NCBI GenBank assembly: GCA_964276515.1
Contig: OZ193909.1
Span: 19,840,001-19,904,000 of the forward strand
Direction of reading: 5' to 3'
Source of the DNA: Gordius albopunctatus
Lineage: Eukaryota
DNA: 64,000 bases
Shown one piece after another: positions 54,201 to 64,000 of this stretch. The notes under the pieces are model-generated. The model made no database searches and had not been told where the DNA came from. It worked only from the letters and a program-made list of their open reading frames with translations. The translations under genes and the position numbers were made by a program. Every line of letters begins with the position of its first letter. Within the stretch, counting starts at the first letter, position 1.

Positions 54201-54977
54201 AGTGCACGGTGGACGGCCTTCTTCTTTTCCTTTCAGTTTGTCTAGTTCCACAGTTGTTGGGTTTGTTTTGGTGGGGGTTTTCCATCTCGGCCGTTTTGTT
54301 TTGATCACGTGACACGAGGTCGCCCTCTTCCCCGGTACCTCCATGTTAACTACTTTTCGAGACTACATCATTCATCTCCCTTCTTAGTATATGATGGCCC
54401 CATGTTCTGTACAGTCACGTGTAATCTAGGCTTCAGAAGTGAATCCAGAAAATAGGGCACATGTGGCGGCGCAATAAAATCAACAACGCTCGCCCCATAG
54501 TAATTTTATACAAGATTTATTATTAAAATAAAGTCTCACGGTGCACTCTTTTCATGGTAATGGTCTCAAAAGCGTGAATGCGCTACATAACAAAAACTAG
54601 TCTTTTATATAAAAACATGGGCTCAGGCAGAATTGGAATATTTAGGTGGAAGGGCAAAATGATCATTTTTCAAAAGTTTAGCCATAATATCATCAATAAT
54701 TCTCTGCAAATTTTTGGATTTAGAAGCTGCCCCCCCCGGCCACGCGCATGCATAAAAATATAATGTACAAGTGCCTATAAAACCTAAACTTACTCGACTA
54801 CAGAATTCTTCCACGAGACTCACCCTAATGGAAACGCTGCAACAAGAACGAGGCCTTAGCCCACCAACTTCCCTGTTTCAACTCACCAATCTCAGGCCTT
54901 GTAGCGATTCCGATCCGAATCATCATCTGGATGCTGGGGTCGATAGAAACACTGTTTGCTCGCCCGTAACTCGTTAG
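45229..54977 (+). CDS. FoxP: Forkhead box P transcription factor (multi-exon)
   Basis: Phase-consistent exons: 45218-45366 (ATG 45229), 46206-46473, 47254-47744 (contains the N gap), 48586-49384, 49631-49922, 50460-50594, 50941-50998, 51299-51381, 51740-52017, 52836-52995, 53672-53955, 54804-54977. Q-rich region, zinc finger [13 protein letters not shown]...[10 protein letters not shown], leucine zipper [20 protein letters not shown] and forkhead [14 protein letters not shown]...[15 protein letters not shown]. The start codon and C-terminal exons are less certain. Confidence 0.95.
47323..47522. other. Assembly gap (200 N) inside a FoxP coding exon
   Basis: Run of N with coding-like sequence on both sides. 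Confidence 0.99.
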
Positions 54978-56639
54978 ACAACAAATTCAAATGAGGTTCT
55001 TCTGAGCCCATTTTATATTTAACTATGCTGTGCTTTGCATCAATTTTGCACTAGGGTAGTGGAAAAGTAATGAGGAATTAGGGTTAGGGTTATTATAGTT
55101 TTACCCTTTCGAGTTTTCAATTTTTATAATAAACTAACATTTAAAAGTTGCTCCTTTGAAACTGGAATGTGGAACCGGGGTTGATTTTTTTGCCAATCAA
55201 ATTATACATTGGAAATACTGTAATACGATATAATGCTTAAATAAGCAGCTAATTAAATAAATTGTTATTAAATTTATAATTAGGAGTGGCTATGGATGAT
55301 CCATAATTATAAATGCCTAGTTACATTTTTGCAAAAATATTTATTGACTTTAAATAATTAACATTATTATTTTAATAGTTATTAAAGCCGTCTCACTGAA
55401 TACAAATCACGGGCCTGTTATAGATTCAAGCCTTTTTGTATTTTATAATTATGTATAATGCCATTTATATGTAACAATGAATCTTTTGTAATTATTAAAA
55501 ATCGTCGAATATTATTATTATTTGTTAAATTGTTATTATATTTGGAATTAATAAATTATATTTTTTGACTGATTTTACAATTGATAAACCTGTATCAACT
55601 AAGCGAATTTTATAGGATTACAAACAAAATTTACAGGGCGATTTTTGATTAGTAGACCTAGAGTCGTCTGCTTATGATTTCCAAAAATCTAGAGCCTTAA
55701 ATAAACAAAACTAAAATAAGAATTTACGAGTTATTAAAGACTATACATAACTCCAAAATCAAAGCAAATTGGGAGTTGATAAGTTAAAAAATGAATTAAG
55801 CTATTGCCTCTCTAATTCAAAGACCGCCAAAGCTAATGTTTTAAATAAAATTTATTTAAATAAGATATGATTTTTATTCAATTTTAAATATTAATATGGT
55901 CGTACATAATAGGCTAAATTTATTTATTTACCTAAAATAGCATTATATCCAATTAAATTAACTCCATGCTTTTAATAGCTTAAGTAAGATTTTTCGAGTC
56001 AACCAATTTGTTGAGGTGGATTCTTAATCATTCTTTTAATGTTATAAAATTATAATAAATGACTAAAATGGTCTTTTTATCAATTTTATAATTTAAGCCT
56101 ACCATAATGCAGCAAATAAAATTTCACATTTTTTGAGATTCCTTACGTATTATAAATCTAAACATATAATTTATCAAATCTTTTGATTTGTGTAATATAA
56201 ACTCTAAATACAATTTACTCTTAGGAACTTTTAGCAATCGAAAAAACGCGTTTTAAAAGCAGACGATTATAAAAGTAAGAAAAGATATCATTTTAAACTT
56301 CATATAAAATTATTGTTTTAGTGTATACACAGGTAAAAGCATTTATGTTTAAATTGAGGTATAAAATTATAAAGGAACAAAAGTCCTTTTTACAACACTT
56401 TACCCCAGCCCGCATTTACAAAATGATTACAATTCAGTAAACTTTATTTCTAAATACTAATGTCTAACAATCAAACAAAGATTAACAAAAAGTCCCAGTG
56501 TGCCCAGGTAATATTCAATATATCACAAGATGTTTACAAGAAGTATTAGAAAATTGTTAAAAATAAATGTTGTGCGTTAGAAACGGATTATTTTGGGAAT
56601 AATCTCAGTTTATAAGATGATAAATAATAGTTAGGATAG

Positions 56640-58846
56640 TTAGCCCTTAAAATTATTCTTTTCGTTTCTCAAGTAATCCATGGCAGCAATGGAATCTTGA
56701 GTTTTGCAATGTTTCAAAACAGATGCTTCCTTGACCCTCATGAAGGGATTAATTAACTTTTCGAGACCTATGGTAGAGGGCACTGTAGCTTCTTTCTTTC
56801 CCCGCTTGGCCGAGTCTATTTCCAATTGACCAGCAATATCTTTGTTATCTGGTTCAACGTGCTGACCGTACTTTAAATCACTAACTGTGTACTCGTGACC
56901 ACAAAATACGTCCTATAATGTTTTTTACACACAATTATAACAAAAACTGCAAAAACTATTTTAAAAATCCATAGCATTTCACTACATCATATTATATTTC
57001 CTAGCTTGAACGATTTATTTACCGTGAAGATCGTTGAATTTAGAATATAGTGGAGCGAAAAATTATATAAAAGTCAATAATTTTGTTTGTTTCAAAAGGC
57101 CAATTTGCAATCCAATATAATTAACCCCCGTTCTTGTAATAATCAAAAATGCAGTCTGTAAATTAAAACATTGAAATTAGTCAAACTAATTATATAAAAA
57201 AATTCCAATATCTGTTTGTCACACTAAGGTGGTCAGCTTCTTTAAATATTTGGATAAGGGGTGATGTTCGGCTATCAAGCTCTGGCAGCCGTGGTGGGTG
57301 ATGATGTGATTTTTAATCTTTTTTTTTGTTGAAATAAGTGCCAGAGATGGGATTGAACCTGCGAGCTCTTGCTTCAAAGACTAAACCTCCACCAACTACG
57401 CCACCACGCCCCAGACTAATTATATGTTAGTGATAAATTAAGTCTATCTTTCAATATCCACTTAGTGGCCTGAGGCGTGGCTAGTGTTGTAAAAACGGCA
57501 AAGTTTTGCCTGATCGACTTTGGTTTTAGTTGACTCATAGTCAGACCAAGGGTTTTTAGTGTCTATTATTCTTTGCAAACCTCTAGGCATCGTCAAAAAT
57601 TGATAAACAGACCAGAGTTGATCGTAAAACGCAGCCGCTTTTACAAAACTAGCTCATTTTAAAATGGATAAAATTAGAAAATATAAATTTAGGATTTTTC
57701 AATTGCAAAAATAACTGTAGAATACCGTCTTTTCTGGCAATGCAGCTAGTATTTCCACCAAAGCCTTATACATTTGAGTGGCGGTACCTTCGAAAAAACG
57801 ACCACACCCACCAATAAATAATGTATCACCTTTATTATAAAATATAGAAATAATAAACAATTTTAATGATAAATTTCTGTTTAAATCCAAATTCATAATA
57901 ATCTCATGACCTAAATTTTAGTATTTAGTTTATAAAAAATTAATTTCTATTAATTAGCAAGGTCATAACTCATGTGAGCAAATAAAATTGTTAATTATGC
58001 TAATTTATTATGATATAGTATTAAAATACTTTATTTAAAAACTAAATAAACAAAATATTTTAGTTCAAAGATAAAATGCTAAATTTGTTGAATTTGAAAC
58101 ATGAATGTGACAAAAGTACCAGGTCAGCTAGATTTAATATAGTTGAAATTTACTGCATGTTAGGAAGAATACCTTTTAAGCTAAGTAATATTTAAATTTA
58201 GTCAAAAAGTTTAAAAATTGATTATGCTATTTTAAATATTTAATTATGGTGAGTGTTTAATAAAATACCAGTGAAAACAGCAGGTGAATTTTGATCAATG
58301 ATATAGTAGCATAAATGACCAGACGTGTGGCAAGGTGTAAATAAGCTTTGAATTTCTAAACTTCCTAATGTAAGTTTTGAACCATTGCCCAACTTTTTTG
58401 TAATTCCTTCCACTCTGTCATCACCACCATATATTTCAAGTTGAGGCATTGCTTGTTTCATTTTGTTATTACCACCAGCATGATCCCTTTGATATTTTAT
58501 GAAATGATAAATCACATTTAAAATACCAATGATGATGAGTTGTAAGAATGCCTAATAAATTGGATCCTAACTCTTTAACTGTTTTTAAAACTAAATCAGG
58601 GTCTACTGGATCAACAACAAAAGCATCCTTTGTGTTTTTTTCTGTTATGATATACATAAAATTATCTTCTAAGGCAGGTAAGACTTGTACAGAATAATTT
58701 TCCGATTTACAAAGCTTTGGCTGAGAGTGCATAGCCATTTTGCAAAAATAACGTGCTGTTGTTAGGTGGATTATTAAAATAGCTAGATTACTCTTATAAA
58801 AATGCAAATTAATCAGCTGCGCCCTTAGGAAACGAAAAACATGCAT
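56640..58846 (-). CDS. HAGH: Hydroxyacylglutathione hydrolase (glyoxalase II)
   Basis: Exons 58846-58792, 58755-58527, 58486-58269, 57829-57726, 56912-56640. Motifs [57 protein letters not shown] and INPFMRV. Confidence 0.95.
57338..57410 (-). mobile_element. tRNA-derived SINE-like sequence in a HAGH intron
   Basis: Minus strand has A-box TGGCGTAGTTGG, a TTG-containing loop, B-box GGTTCAATCCC and an A-rich tail; the acceptor stem does not pair. Confidence 0.6.
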
Positions 58847-59390
58847 AATCACACAAATGCAAAACCTAACCACATTGACTCTACACAGTGTATGAGTTTA
58901 CAACAAGCGCGTAGCCAGGATTTTCTCAAGGGGGGGGGGAAATTTCAAAAAAAAAATTATAGCATTTTTATTTCAACAACAAAAATATAAATTCAAAAAA
59001 TATAAAATTTGCATATAAAATAAAAAGAAAGTTATTATAAAATAATTTTATATTTTCTTTTCCCCATTGAAAAAATATTAAGAACTTCATCGGGAGTAGG
59101 AGCTAACTCCCGATGAATTGTCAATAAAGCCAATCCATTTAATCTATTATTAGACATGGTATTTCTAATGTAAGTTTTTAGCCTCCTCAGCGTTGAGAAG
59201 CTTCGTTCATTAGTACACGTTGTGATTGGAAGGCAGGCTAATAAATATAGAAGAGTCGTTATATTTGGTAGGGATTTTAATTTATTATGTTCGGATAAGG
59301 GGTTTAAAAGATTCTTTGGACGAGATCCTTCTGAGATCTTAGATAAGGCCATATACCAGATATTGAATTCTGCTATGAGATCTTCATTAG

Positions 59391-61840
59391 TGTAGAGAGG
59401 TAATAGGAGAGCGAAGTGCCTCCAAAGATACGATAGTTACCTGCGTGTTGACGTTATTTACACGCGCGTTGGCGATCAAATTATCGTTAATTGGTTGTAA
59501 CTTATAAATGCGTTGGTTATATACGCCAGGACACTTTTTGTCGTGTTTTGTATCACACTCCTAATAGTTTTGTGAATAAATATCAGCCCTTAACAGTGGC
59601 GTCGTGATTAGGATCCGTCATAATAGTAACGCTTCGTCCCTGTATATGTTCATTGAACTTTTTTAGTCCATACACCACCGCCAGGGCCTCTCGTTCGATC
59701 GTCGCATACCGGCTTTCGCTATCGTTTAACGCTCTTGACGCATAGGCCACCACCCTCAAATTCTTTCCTGGTGCTCGTTGCTGTAAGATGGCCCCTAACC
59801 CAGTACTAGAGGTGTCTACGACCAGGCCCGTTTCCCAATCTCCATTAAAGTACGCCAGTACGGGGGCTTTCGTAAGGGCGGATTTGATAGCTTCAAACGC
59901 GCCTTGTTGTTCTCCACCCCAGTTGTACACCACATTTTTTTTCATTCGTTTCTGAATCGGGTGTATGATTTTGGCGTAGTCCTTAATGAACTTTGCAGAG
60001 TATGCTGTTAACCCAAGGAAGGATTTTATTTCTTTTTTGTTTGTTAAATTTTTCCACTGCTTGACTATCTCGGTTATATTGTCGTTGATTTGAATCCCCT
60101 TGTTACTTATTACGTATCCCAAAAAGGTTACTTCCTTCGCCCACAAGTTGCTCTTGGCAATGTTTGGCACGAACCCCCACTTTTGTAACGTTTCTAGTAC
60201 TTTGAGTAACCGCTCGTTGTGAATTTCTTCCGTTTCCCCTGCAATTAGTATGTCGTCGATGTATACCGCTACCCCCCCCCCATGCCTCCTAATATTTGGT
60301 CCATTGTTTTTACGAAAATAGCCGCGGCACAATTTAAACCAAACGGAATCCGGTTAACTTTGAATAAGCCCTTGTGAGTCAAGATCGTCAACCGTTGGCT
60401 CGTCTCTGGTCTCCAGCTTCGTAAAATAACACGCGTTATCGAGTTTATTTAACAAATCGTCGATTTTGGGTAAGGGGTACATCAACCCTTGTGCGTATTT
60501 ATTCATCGTAAACCGGTAGTCTATACATAATCGCAGAGTCCCATCGCTTTTTTCACGGGTGCCACTGGGCTGGCCCATCTTGAGAAATCGATTGGTTCTA
60601 TCACCCCGTCTCTGACCCATTTATTCAGCTCTTCTTCTATTTCTTTCTTCCACGCTATCGGCACTCTTCGAGCGGGGATAAATACTGGATCTATGCCCTC
60701 TTTTACCGGTACTTCCACCGTTATTCCCTTGACTGCTTGCGGGAATTCGTTTCGCTGGCCCTCCCATCGCTTCATCACGTGCTGGATCGCTAACTTGGTA
60801 TCCTTCGGTCTTTCAACGTAATTGACCGCGAACCGTTCCACCGATGTTCTCGAGTTCCAACGTATTTGACGCCATATTTTGGGTTCGAATTCTTGTATTC
60901 AATCGATCCCGCATAGAGGCGGCCCCGCTACGTCTGCTAGCAATAATGACAGCTGTTTCCTCGTGTTCCCCAATCGGACATCGGCTTGTACCTTGGCTAC
61001 GATCTTTATTTCCCCGTGGCCGTAGGCGTACACCGTCGGCGCGGCCTCTTTGTTGCGTGGGATTTCCGTCACCCATCTTCGCGCCGGTAATATCGAAACC
61101 GTAGCGCCGGTATTGAAGATAAATTGGAACAATTCGTTGTTAATATATATATCAACTGTTAACACATCTAAAGCATGGTTTAACCTGGGAATCCCGACCG
61201 GTCCAGGCCACGCTTCTCGTCTCGCCACTACGCTCTACGCCTCTTCGACCCCGTCCTGCAAGGTGCTTAGCCCCCCATTTATCGTCTCGGCCGTTAATGT
61301 CAGCTCTCGTAGGCGGTCCCATTTGATGTCATTTTCTGCCAACAGTCTCGCCTGTAAGCTTCTATCGCGCAATCCTATAATGAATTGGTCGACGATTCTG
61401 CTCTGCACTTCTTCATTTCCGAAGTTGCAGCTATTAGCCCCGGCCTTGAGTCTATTAGCGTACGCGTCTATCGTCTCTCATTGGCCTTGTCGGACCTTTG
61501 AGAATTCGTACCTCTTTGCCCTCGTACATGAATCTCTCTGGAATAATTTCCTTAACCGATTTTTCGCTTCTTCGTATGTAATTCCTGTCAACTCTTGCGG
61601 TCTATAATCCTCTAGTATTAATTGGAATGCATCCCCCTCGAGGCTGGTTAATAATAGCGCGGCTTTTTGTTCATCTGTCTCCGTCTTATTGTTCCTAAGG
61701 AATAACTCAAATTGAGTTAAGAAAGCGTCGATGGTAGCCGTTGTTTTATATTTCTGCATCTCCGCGTAGGTTTCGCCACGATGTCCCTTGGAGATCATTT
61801 GCAAAAAACTCCGATAGAAAATATATTTTTAATCGCGTTA
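59391..61840 (-). mobile_element. Degraded Gypsy/Ty3 element whose gag-pol is inverted relative to its LTR and PBS
   Basis: + strand LTR TG...AATAAA...CA at 59391-59595, then PBS-like TGGCGTCG. Gag, protease (FNTGA), RT (YIDDILI) and RNase H (EREALAV) are on the - strand and break at TD|, at GGATCC 59611-59616. Confidence 0.88.
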
Positions 61841-62078
61841 CTGGTGAAACAATAAAAACCGTTCATTCAATTGTGTAATAAAAATATCAAGTAGTGGTAT
61901 AAATATAGTAATTTTGTATTATTCTTGAATGGATTCAGTATTAATGTTACTTCTACAAGTTTGTTTTTTTGCAAACCGAGGTTTTTTGAGCTCGAAATCA
62001 TACAACTTGGCCTTGTCTTCAGCGACTAAAAAAACTTGTTGAAACTCTTCATCAACGTTGTTTCTGATTAATTTAATT

Positions 62079-62357
62079 GAATCTGGTGCAAAATGTAATA
62101 TGTGCAAAATATAATAATGTAATATTCGCATTTTAGAAATTGAGACCGGTTTTCACGCATATTCATACGCATGTAATATGTACTAAAAAACGACTTAATA
62201 AAAGGATACTATAATTGTTAATTGAAACAAAATAAGTTATATCAAAATGTATAATACTATTTTATAAATAAATACATATTATCAAATAAATCACTAAATC
62301 TAACCCTAACCCTTGCCTATATTAGATTTTGCACACATTACATTTTGCACAGAAGTG
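62079..62357. mobile_element. TIR MITE inserted in the hAT transposase
   Basis: ~25-bp inverted repeats GTGCAAAATGTAATATGTGCAAAAT; duplication ATTTAATT at 62071-62078 and 62358-62365. Removing it restores the frame ...LVDQIK-LIRNNVDEEF. Confidence 0.85.
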
Positions 62358-64000
62358 ATTTAATTTGATCTACTAAAGTCTCCGCCAACTGTGTAACTTG
62401 TTGAAGATGCAAGTCATTTTTTTGCAATTGCTTGCATAAAATAGATGTGTAGCCAAATAGTTTATTCATGCATAAAAGGGAAATTAAATATTCTGACTGC
62501 CTAGAGAAGTGAGCAACGTTGCAGCTTCTGTTGCAACAGCGTGGTCATAACAGGTTGAAATTTTTTCCAATGCCGGATATATGGCATCTTGAAGTAAAAT
62601 ATGGGTGGAAACTGGAAACGGCATCGTGCCGTGATGCCCAGCGGGTCCCACACACTTCCTTTTCCTGAATTTTCATGTTGCAAGTGAACAATTGAAAAGG
62701 GAAAAAGACAATAATGGTTCATAGTCTTTTGGTCGAAATTTAATTCAAAAACGGAAAATATTTACTTAATTTAGAATTAAAAATAAATTAATAAGTGTTT
62801 TACTTAGTCATTTATTGTAACTATAAAATAAAAACTTTGAATCTAAAAAGTTTTTATAAATTTTTTTTAAAATTTTTGCCAAGGGAGGGGGGAAATTTCT
62901 GCCCCCCTTATTTACGCCACTGGTTTACAATAGTTTGGAATTGTCACTGCACTTAATTATGATTACACTTTAAAACACATTTTGTACCAAAGAAATAAAT
63001 TTTTCAATGCAAAAACCCTTATAAATTGAAAAATTTTATGTTTTGCCCCCCCCCCCCAATCCAAAACCTAGCTACGCCCATGGAAAATTGCTTAAAGTCT
63101 TGAATATTTGATATACAAGGAATAGTAAATATAATCTTTTATTAAATTTATAGTAAATGAAAATTTAATTACTCAAAAAAACTTGCCTAAAGCACTAGAT
63201 GCCTTGGATAATTTAAAAAATCTAAATTTTTACGACGTATCCCAGATAGGCAAAATATGGATGCCAAATGTAATATATTCGTCGATGCTATGTACTTGCT
63301 TTTGGATAAAGCCTTTAAACATGTGCCGATTTAAATGTTAGAATAAAAGACTGATTTTTAGTTCTTTTATTTATAGCCAGTGGTTAAAATATTGTATAGT
63401 GTGAGAAAAATAAACATGTCTAAATGATATTAAGCTATGCTGCTTTTGTGATTTTTGAGATTTTAATAATTCTATGATATGAAAAATTATTTTTATTTGT
63501 ATTATTAATTTAAACGTGTTATCAAACAACTTTGTTGGGGTACGCAATATTTCGGGCAAATATAGCCCATTCTCAGGGGAAAAAGTTGAGAGGAAATTAA
63601 AAAAAAAGAATTAAAATGAGTGGTACATCTACTCATTTTATTAATCCAACCCCGTCGCTTTTCTACAGCGATAAATATTACAAAAGATTGAAGGTAAATA
63701 ATACCAACTTAATATTACCTCTTTCTACAGCAATTGTCTTCATGAAATTCAAGAAGGGGAATGATAAAGGGTGAGTCATTATTATATAGGGTACATATAG
63801 AGCCCCCTGCAAATCTTTATTTTCTAATTTACCCCAACTCAATCCGATCCCAAATGATTTTTCAATTTTTAGCCCTACTAATGAAGCTTGCGCCCGCAAT
63901 GGTTTTGTTTACCAAAGGCGTTTAGGCAAATTTTGAAATATAAAATTAATTTGCCTTCAATGTATTGTGTAGGTAAAAATACTCATAATGATTAGACACG

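Larger units (their letters stand above)
58904..62922 (-). mobile_element. hAT transposon with a decayed transposase, carrying nested Gypsy and MITE insertions
   Basis: Ends CAAGCGCGTA...TACGCCACTG; 8-bp TSD GTTTACAA at 58896-58903 and 62923-62930. Transposase pieces LPITTCTNERSFSTLRRLKTYIRNTMSNNRLNGLALL and KPRFAKKQTCRSN...IFIPLLDIFITQLNERF. Confidence 0.92.

Noticed and set aside
55078..55092. Interstitial telomere (TTAGGG), also TAACCC near 62300
   Set aside because: Only about two units each; the second lies inside a MITE.
57338..57410. Functional tRNA-Gln gene
   Set aside because: A and B boxes are present, but the acceptor and anticodon stems do not pair properly and an A-rich tail follows, so it is treated as SINE-like.
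61050..61607. 185-aa plus-strand ORF, and similar antisense ORFs at 11011, 20370 and 60844
   Set aside because: These are shadow frames opposite real GPCR or gag-pol coding sequence, with no recognisable motifs.
63270..63335. CR1/L2-type RT fragment (VDAMYLLLDKAFKHVP)
   Set aside because: It resembles an RT motif but is too short and degenerate to annotate.

Overview
AT-rich, intron-containing eukaryotic DNA from an invertebrate animal; it is not prokaryotic and has no CRISPR arrays or operons. Host genes are an intronless rhodopsin-class GPCR (+) with a decayed paralogue (-), an MGRN1/RNF157-like RING E3 ligase (+), a Ly6/uPAR three-finger GPI-type protein (+), FoxP (+, with a 200-N assembly gap inside one exon) and HAGH/glyoxalase II (-). 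Many introns are only 35-42 nt. Intergenic and intronic DNA is packed with often nested mobile elements: two head-to-head CRE-like RT remnants, an RTE LINE, two single-LTR Gypsy elements that each carry an internal inversion, several hAT elements and MITEs with 8-bp TSDs, a THAP/P-like pseudogene split by an ~880-bp foldback, and tRNA-derived SINE-like pieces. The most notable item is a non-coding 371-nt repeat unit at 14.19-14.72 kb. It carries a complete minimal type-I hammerhead ribozyme inside a long predicted rod-like fold, with a 5' inversion and a target-site duplication, and so is a candidate retrozyme or Penelope-mobilised circular-RNA element. All calls come from reading the sequence by eye; no database search or folding program was run.
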